The notes under the pieces are model-generated. The model was given only the letters and a program-made list of their open reading frames with translations. It was not told the origin of the DNA and did no database searches. Made by a program: the position numbers and the translations under genes. From the human T2T-CHM13v2.0 reference genome, Homo sapiens, in NCBI RefSeq assembly GCF_009914755.1, contig NC_060929.1: a stretch of 64,000 nucleotides of DNA; one strand, 5' to 3'. This document shows, one piece after another, positions 56,660 to 64,000 of this stretch (positions are counted from its first letter, which is position 1; each line of letters begins with the position of its first letter).

Positions 56660-59013
56660 TGATACAGTTTGGCTGTGTCCCCACCCAAATCTCATCTTGA
56701 ATTGTTCCCATAATCTCCACGTGTCATGGGAGGGACCAGGTGGAGATAACTGAATCATAGGGGAGGTTTCTCCCATACTGTTCTCCTGATAGTAAGTGAG
56801 TTCTCATGAGATCTGATGGTTTTATAAGTGGCTTCCCCATTCACTTGGCACTCATTCTCTTTCCTGCTGCCCTGTGAAGAGGTGCCTTCTGCCATGATTG
56901 TAAGTTTCCTGATACTTCTACAGCCTTGTGGAACTGTGAGTCAATTAAACTTCTTTTCTTTATAAATTACCCAGTCTCAGGTATTTCTTCATAGCGGTGT
57001 GAGAACAGACTAATAAAGTAAATTGGTACTGCAGAGAGTGGGACACTGCTGTAAAGATGCCTGAAAATGTGAAAGCAACTTTGGAACTGGGTAACAGGCA
57101 GAGGTTGGAACAGTTTGGAGGGCTCTGAAGAAGACAGATTTGGGAAAATCTGAAACTTCCTAGAGACTTGTTGAATGCCTTTGACCAAAATACTGATAGT
57201 GATATGGACAATGAAATCCAGGCTGAGGTGGTCTCAGATGGAGATGAGAAACTTGTTGGGAACTGGTGTAAAGGTAACTCCTGCCATGTTTTAGCAAAGA
57301 GACTGGAGGCATTTTGCTCCTGACCTAGAGATCTGTGGAACTTTGAACTTGAGAGAGATGATTTAGGTTATTTGGTGGAATAAGTTTCTAAGCAGCAAAG
57401 TGTTCAAGAGGTGACTTGGGTGCTCTTAAAATCATTGAGTTTTATGCATTCACAAAAATGTGGTTTGAAATCGGAACTTATGTTTAAAAGGGAAACACAG
57501 CATAAAAGTTCAGAAAATTTGCAGTCTGACAATGAGATGGAAAAGAAAAACCCATTTTTTGATGAGAAATTCAAGCCAGCTGCAGAAATTTGCATCAGTA
57601 ACAAGAAGCCAAATGTTAATCACCAAGACAATGGGAAAAATGTCTCCAGGGCATGTCAGAGACCTTCATGGCAGCCCTTCCTATCACAGGCCCAGAGGCC
57701 TAGGAGGAAAAAAAGGTTTTGTGGGCCAGGCCCAAGACCTTGCTGCTCTGTGCAGTCTTGGGACTTGGTGCCCTGTGTCCCAGCTGTGGCTAAAACAGCC
57801 TGAGGGAACAGCTCAGGCTGTTGCTTCAGAGGGTTCAAGCTCCAAGCCTGGCGGCTTACACGTGGTGTTGGGCCTATGGGTACACAGAAGTCAGGACGTG
57901 AGGTTTGGGAATCTCTACCCAGATTTCAGAGGATGTGTAGAAATGCCTGGATGTCTAGGCAGAAGTTTGTTTCAGGGGTGGAACCCTCATGGAGCTGCTA
58001 GGGCAATGCAGAAGGGAAATATGTGGTCAGAGCCCTGACATCTGTGTTTCCACTGGGGCACTGCCTAGCAAAGCTGTGAGAAGAGAGCCATCATCCTCCA
58101 GATCCCAGAATGGTAGATCCACTGACAGCTTGCACCATGCACCTGGAAAAGCCACAGACACTCAATGCCAGCCTGAGAAAGCAGCCAGGATTGGGGGGCT
58201 GGGGGGCTATACCCTGCAAAGCCACAGGGGCAGAGCTGTCCAAGGCCATGGGAGCCCACCTTTTGCATCAGCATGACCTTGATGTGAGACATAGAGTCAA
58301 AGGTGATCATTTTGGAAATTTAAAGCTTAATGACTGTCCTACTGGATTTTGGGCTTGCTTGGGGCCTGTAGCCCCTTTGTTTTGGCTAATTTCTCCCAGT
58401 TTGAATGGGTGTATTTTCCCAATGCCTATACTCCCATTGTATCTAGGAAGTAACTAACATGCTTTTGATTTTGATAGGTGGAACTAACTAACATGCTTTT
58501 GATAGGTGGAAGGGACTTGCCGTGTCTCAGATGAGACTTTGGATTTCGACTTTTGGGTTAATATTAGAATGAGCTAAGACTTTGGGGGACTGTTGGAAAG
58601 GCATAATTGCATTTTGAAATGTGAGAATATGAGATTTGGGAGGGGCCAGGGGAGAAATGATATGGTTTGGCTGTGTCCCCACCCAAGTCTTATCTCGAAT
58701 TATAGGTCCCATAATCCCCACTTGTAATGGGAGAGACCAAGTGGAGATAATTAAATCATGGGGGTAGTTCCCCCGTACTGTTCTCCTGATAGTGAGTTCT
58801 CATGAGATCTGATGTTTTTATAAGGGGCTTACTCCTTCGCTCAAAACTTATTCCCTCTCCTGCCACCCTGTGAAGGGGTGCCTTCTGCCACAATTCTAAG
58901 TTTCCTGAGGCCTCCCCAGCCATGTGAAACTGTGAGTTAATTAAATCTCTTTTCTTTATAAATTATCCAGTCTTGGCTATTTCTTCATAGCAGCGTAAGA
59001 ACAAACTAATACA
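56660..59013 (+). mobile_element. Full-length THE1 (C/D-like) MaLR LTR element: LTR 56660-57017, internal 57018-58657, LTR 58658-59013
   Basis: Two ~357-bp direct LTRs starting tgata(ca/tg)gtttggctgtgtccccaccca and ending actaata(a/c)a. Polypurine tract gggaggggccaggggagaaa before the 3' LTR. 5-bp TSD ctttc/cttcc. The ORFs at 57.4-58.5 kb are THE1-internal remnants. Confidence 0.93.
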
Positions 59014-62000
59014 CTTCCTTTCTTCAGATTTCCTGTAAAGTAGCTGAATGTGTGCTTAAATTATGGTCCAAGTCTAGAGGACGCAGAGAAAAATCTCAAA
59101 GCATGATTTTAAAAACAATGAAATTTATAAAACAGCAACAACAAAAACTCTGTGAATTAAATACATGCAGTATTGTTTTTAGACTCATAAGAATATCCAG
59201 CAAAGTATTTTCTTCCTATTAATTTAATTTTGACAAATTGAGGCATTTCTTGATAATGAAATCCAACTTGTGAATATGTACTTCAAATCAACTCAATGCA
59301 TACATCTTTCCTCCTTGCAAAAACAGGATCTCCTCAATCTTCCCTCCACGCTCCTACATATGCCTATCACCTCAAGACCAACCTCTACATTCAAGCCACA
59401 CCAATCTTTTTTCCTGTCTCTCATATAGGAATTCATGTGTAATATTCACCTACAATATATTCAAGGTACTTTTCCAGTCATTTCAGGGGACCCTTAAAGA
59501 AGCAAGACTCCATAGAGATTGGAATAAAGGGGGTGACAGAATTCATTTGCTCATTAATTTAGCAAGTTAATCATGGGCCTTGGCTGCATTTATAGTTGGT
59601 GACCATAGGCAACAAAACTTAAAGCCCACCTGGGATGTCAGGAGGAGGCAGCCCAGTAAGAGTTAACTAGAAGACAAAGAAGGGAGCAAAGTGCATTTGA
59701 TAAGGGTATGGATTCTGGGACCCACCCACCTATGTCCTTATCCTCATTGTGTGCAGACCTTCTCTGGCCCTCACTTACATGCACACATCCTTGTCAGTTT
59801 CCTAATCCTGGATCAGTTAGTTACTCCTTGGAGAAATCTCTTTCTCATGTGTTCTGCATGTCAGCTAAAGACAACTAATAAACATTTAGAGTGATGCTTA
59901 TTATACATCTGCATTAAGGAATAAAAAACGCTATTTTTAAAAAAAACATAAACTAAGAATACTTGAATCTTTAAGCAGTAATCCTCAAACTTCACATTCT
60001 AATTATTTAAATATCATGTTCAAAGTTCTCCCCAGGAAGGTAGTAGTGAGACGTGTATTTTGAAGGAGCACTGCAAACCATTCTGAGGCCTATGTATGGT
60101 GGATTACATTTTGCACATCTCGACATTGTTTTCATTGTTTCCACAAAAATTCTGCCTGTCTCGTCAGAGTGCTTTGATTAAGCATTACTGGTTATGGCAA
60201 ACTTGAACTATATAATTGTTATTTGTATTACAACATCCATATGGCTTCTTACTATTTTTAAAATTGTTATTAAGAGTGTACACTAGGTATTTGTGGGTTC
60301 ATGTGAGAAAATAACAAGCATTTAAAAAACTCTTTCCATGAAAAAATAAATTCTGGATTTTCCAACATAACTTTAAAACAGAATTTTGGGATGCAAATTA
60401 TTCATAAGCTGCAGTGTGACGGTATTCCTGGGAACATAATGGTATGTTAGAGTCTTTACTCAAAAGCAAGACACCCAGTGACAAGGCACATTCAAGCTCT
60501 TCTGTTAAGATCCCGCTCAAGTGTTTTCTCCTTTGTGAAGTATTTCCAGAATCCTCATGTAGCACAGATTAGGCTTTTTATTTCCTGTGTTATCAAAAAT
60601 GTAGAACCAGCATGCAAGGAAAATCAAGGAGAATGCCGTTTCACATATGAAAGTTCCTGTATTAATTAACTGAAGATGACAGTGTTCTATAGCAAGAGGA
60701 AAGCATTAATGTTTTCAGTATCCTATTTTAGTTCATACCTGACAGAATGTTATATAACTGCTACAACCTCATCCTAAAAGAAGCCAATAATTTGAAAATT
60801 AGATTGATCTAATTAATTGTACACATTGGGAAGTTGCGCTCAACGAGCAAAAACTCTTTGCAGACATGACAGATGTAAAGCTAATGGCTACAAGTCTGCA
60901 AAAATATTTGCTCATTTATGAACAAGTCAACAAATTTGAGGTTTTATTTTCTTGTGGGAGTCAATTCAGAAGTGTTCAACAAAAATATATTTTAGTTTAT
61001 TTTCTTTTTAAACAGAACAAACACATTGGATACTGTAGCAGATACTAATATTTTCTTTAAACAGCTTCATAAAGTTCGATAGGGCAATTCATGATAAAGT
61101 TTCTTAAACCATACAGGTCTAATCATTTTATTAAATGCTTTCTCTAAGTAGGAAAGAGTATAAATTTCCTTTAGGTAATGGAAATATGTTACATTTTTAT
61201 GGCCAATTCAGCCTTCTAATAATGACTGGAAATGCCTGTGAAACCCTATGTTTCACAGGTAGGAAAGGACAACAGTTTCTTTTACATAATGGCAATATGT
61301 TCCATTTTTACAGTAGGTTCCACATTCTAATAATTATGGAAAGTGCCAAAGAAATGAATGAAGTACCTTCTAATTTTCTTCCACTTCTGTAAGGCTGGTA
61401 AGGGGGCAATCCTGCTACTTCTAATGTGGACAGGTGAATAAATGCATGAAACTATTTGTATGCTTTTTTTTTTTTTTATGGTAAGGTAGGTTTTTGGCAA
61501 CCTTGTCTCAATTGCCAGGAAGCTGTGCCTGCTGGTCATAATGGTGGATTTGTCCATTCTCTATTTCCCTTGACATTTCCCCCCTCTAAAATCATAAAAC
61601 AAAATGAAATATTTTGTTTTTAGAAATTGTAATTTTTTTTTCACTTTAAAAAATGCCATATTCCAGGGCTTACCTTTCAGACAGTCTTAGGTTATGTCTG
61701 TGTGCCAAATGCAGCCCAATGGGGTGGTCAGATTCACCCAGCAGAGCTGCCCCGCTCAGCAGAGCCTAGCAGCTATGATCTGGAAGTGTTGGCCCCACCA
61801 CATGCATGACATTAAGATGATACATAGCAATCCTGCAAGACTACAGTTTAAGTAGAGCTTCCAATTTGCTGTGGTTGGCATGACCTAATTCTGGCTTGAA
61901 AGGTACATTTTTCCCCCTCTGGGTTTCACTGACTACACATTGGAGAAAAAAAAAATGTTCTTCAAGGGATTCTCTTTCCTTTCTTAAGGAAATTTAGAGA

Positions 62001-62357
62001 ATTTAACAACTGTTGGCCTCTGGCTAATACCCAAACTAAAGTCTTTTTCCAGCTTCGCCTACATCTTGACCCCTCATGCCAAATATTTTAGGGAGTCTAT
62101 TTATAAAGTTCATCACTTCCCCTGTTACTTCATCTTTAGAAATGCCGATAATTTAGAAACTGGAATGATGCGGCTGGTCTCACAGATGAAAAAAAGCAGG
62201 ATTCTATAGAAAATTTTCCTGTCATAACTTAAGAAATTAATTTATTTTCTTCTCAATTCTACAGCTAGAATGGAAGTAACACCAATGTTCTGTATTTGCT
62301 TCACCCTAGTGTTCAAAGATGTTTCAAAGTTGTAGAGATTTTGAATGTTCCACTAAC

Positions 62358-62526
62358 AGTAGTTCTTAATGCTGACTATACATTTCAATCACTTCAAACA
62401 CTTTTTAAAAACACTGATACCCAGACCCATCCCAGACTGATGAAATCAGGATTGTTGGACCAGGTTCCCTGGCATTGTTACTTGTTAAAAACTCTCCAGG
62501 AGATTCCAATGTGAAGCCAGATCTGA
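62358..62526 (+). mobile_element. MER5-like hAT-Charlie element
   Basis: cagtagttcttaa...cccagacccatcccagactgatgaaatcagga...ctccaggagattccaatgtgaagccag. Confidence 0.65.
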
Positions 62527-64000
62527 AATGAATCATATTAAAACTCTTAGAAACATAACCACTGCAACACAGGTATGTTGTTGCATTATCTCCCTTGGAT
62601 GTGGTATGTTCTTGAAATTTACCGGTCTATCCAGTTCTGAGCTAATTCACCTGAGAGAGTTTCTCAGCTACTGCACGAAGTGAGAGAAAAAAAAATTCAT
62701 ATGGACAACCTGACACTTAATAGATTTATAAGTTAAAATCACAGAAAGCTTTGCCTTTCTGAGACAACAGTCCTGATAAATATGCCCCTTTTCTGCAGAA
62801 CCAGTATTAGGAACTTTCAAGGGCTTGCAAAGTAATCATTTTTATCTGGATCATATTGACTCTTTGGAGGGTTTTCAGTTGTATTTAAAAATATAAATTT
62901 CACCTTGTGATATTTACTGACTTGCAAATCTCTAATAGTATGCTAATTAAATTCAATGCTGTATACTTAATTTACTCAAGGTGATAATTTTCTAATTGCA
63001 TGTATGATGTTAATGTATTATCTATTTGAGATCAAATTCACTACATTTTGTGACTTCCAAAAAAGTCAATCCATTAGACCAAAGTTCTCAGTCTTTCACA
63101 ACTAATTTATTTCTCTACCTCAGTCACTGGGAAATGGTATTAGTAAGCAGTGCAACCCAGTTCTTCCACCTCCCTCCACATGAAACAGGTCTTTTTTCAT
63201 TAAGTACCTGGTTTGTGAAGGTAACGTTATCTAGCAGCTGCGACCAAAAGGTTTACAGACTTGGAATTTTGTTCCATTATATAACTGAGATCATTATCTA
63301 ATCCCTGCTCTTTACATAAAACTTTATGTGGTTCATTTTATGGTAAGGCTTCCTACGAAATAATAAAACAATCTTTTTCTATAGAATTTGTGGAACTAGT
63401 ATTTTTATTTTCCTGTCATGTCTTGCCTTTTCTGACTTCTGTCATACACACAAACACACACACACACAGAGATACATGTGTATGTTTGTTTGGCAACATA
63501 GGAGGGACAAGCTTAGTTTCTCGTATTCTACGTGTCTTATAAGATCATGGTTTGCTATGTTTACAGATTTATCCCCTTCTATTAGAGTACCCGAAGTTCT
63601 TTTAAAATATACAAGATGTTTTCCTACTGGTATGACATCCCTGAAGTACTTGTCTTTCTTTAGTTTTATTCTTTTAGAACAAGAAGGAAAAAAAAAACCC
63701 GAGAAATAACCTTTAAAGTTTTTTAAAAATTACTTTGTAAGAGATGTAAGTTGAATCTCCTCTATATAAAGTATTCTTGGGTAGCTCCCTGTTTGGCCCT
63801 TTTCTCTTATTCATAACTTGTCCCATATCCCTTGTCAAAACAGTGGGTTGCAGGGGAGGACCCGGATCAGGCCATCCTTCCTTTCAGCTGTGTCTAGGAA
63901 ATAGGGCAGGAGTGGGCGCTGAGGAGGAGTATGTCCTCCCAGTTACCTTGAGATCTGCCACAGTGAGGTTTCTATGGCATACCAGAGAATGGAAAGAAGA

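Noticed and set aside
56960-58721. Cluster of 60-168 aa ORFs
   Set aside because: Fragmented THE1 internal and LTR sequence with multiple stops and frameshifts.
62213-62228. 16-nt exact match (attttcctgtcataac) to the enhancer core at 16381-16396
   Set aside because: It lacks the following AGGAA ETS site, and one 16-mer match is plausible by chance in a window of this size and composition.

Overview
Primate (almost certainly human) genomic DNA, AT-rich and repeat-rich, lying inside the minus-strand MADS-box transcription factor gene MEF2C. It holds the first coding exon (24852-25047, ATG at 24905) and the next exon (5718-5921), together encoding aa 1-86 (MADS + MEF2 domains). The rest is intronic, and no main CpG-island promoter is visible. 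Intronic content: a 44-bp FOX:ETS endothelial-enhancer-like core (16361-16404), an ETS/GATA-rich candidate promoter or alternative first exon (~28.3-28.7 kb), about 14 Alus or Alu fragments, L1/L2/L3/MIR fragments, DNA-transposon relics (MER58A, Tigger2a, MER5-like), a complete THE1 MaLR element and microsatellites. Nearly all other ORFs in the track are repeat-derived or chance. I see no demonstrably new biological system. The best leads are hypotheses: an exon2-3 circle or intronic read-through encoding a DNA-binding-domain-only MEF2C, a strong-site cryptic 5'UTR exon, a perfect 21-bp palindrome and other template-switch scars, a tail-only young L1, and two Alus sharing a triplicated target site. 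Repeat subfamilies were assigned by eye, without RepeatMasker.
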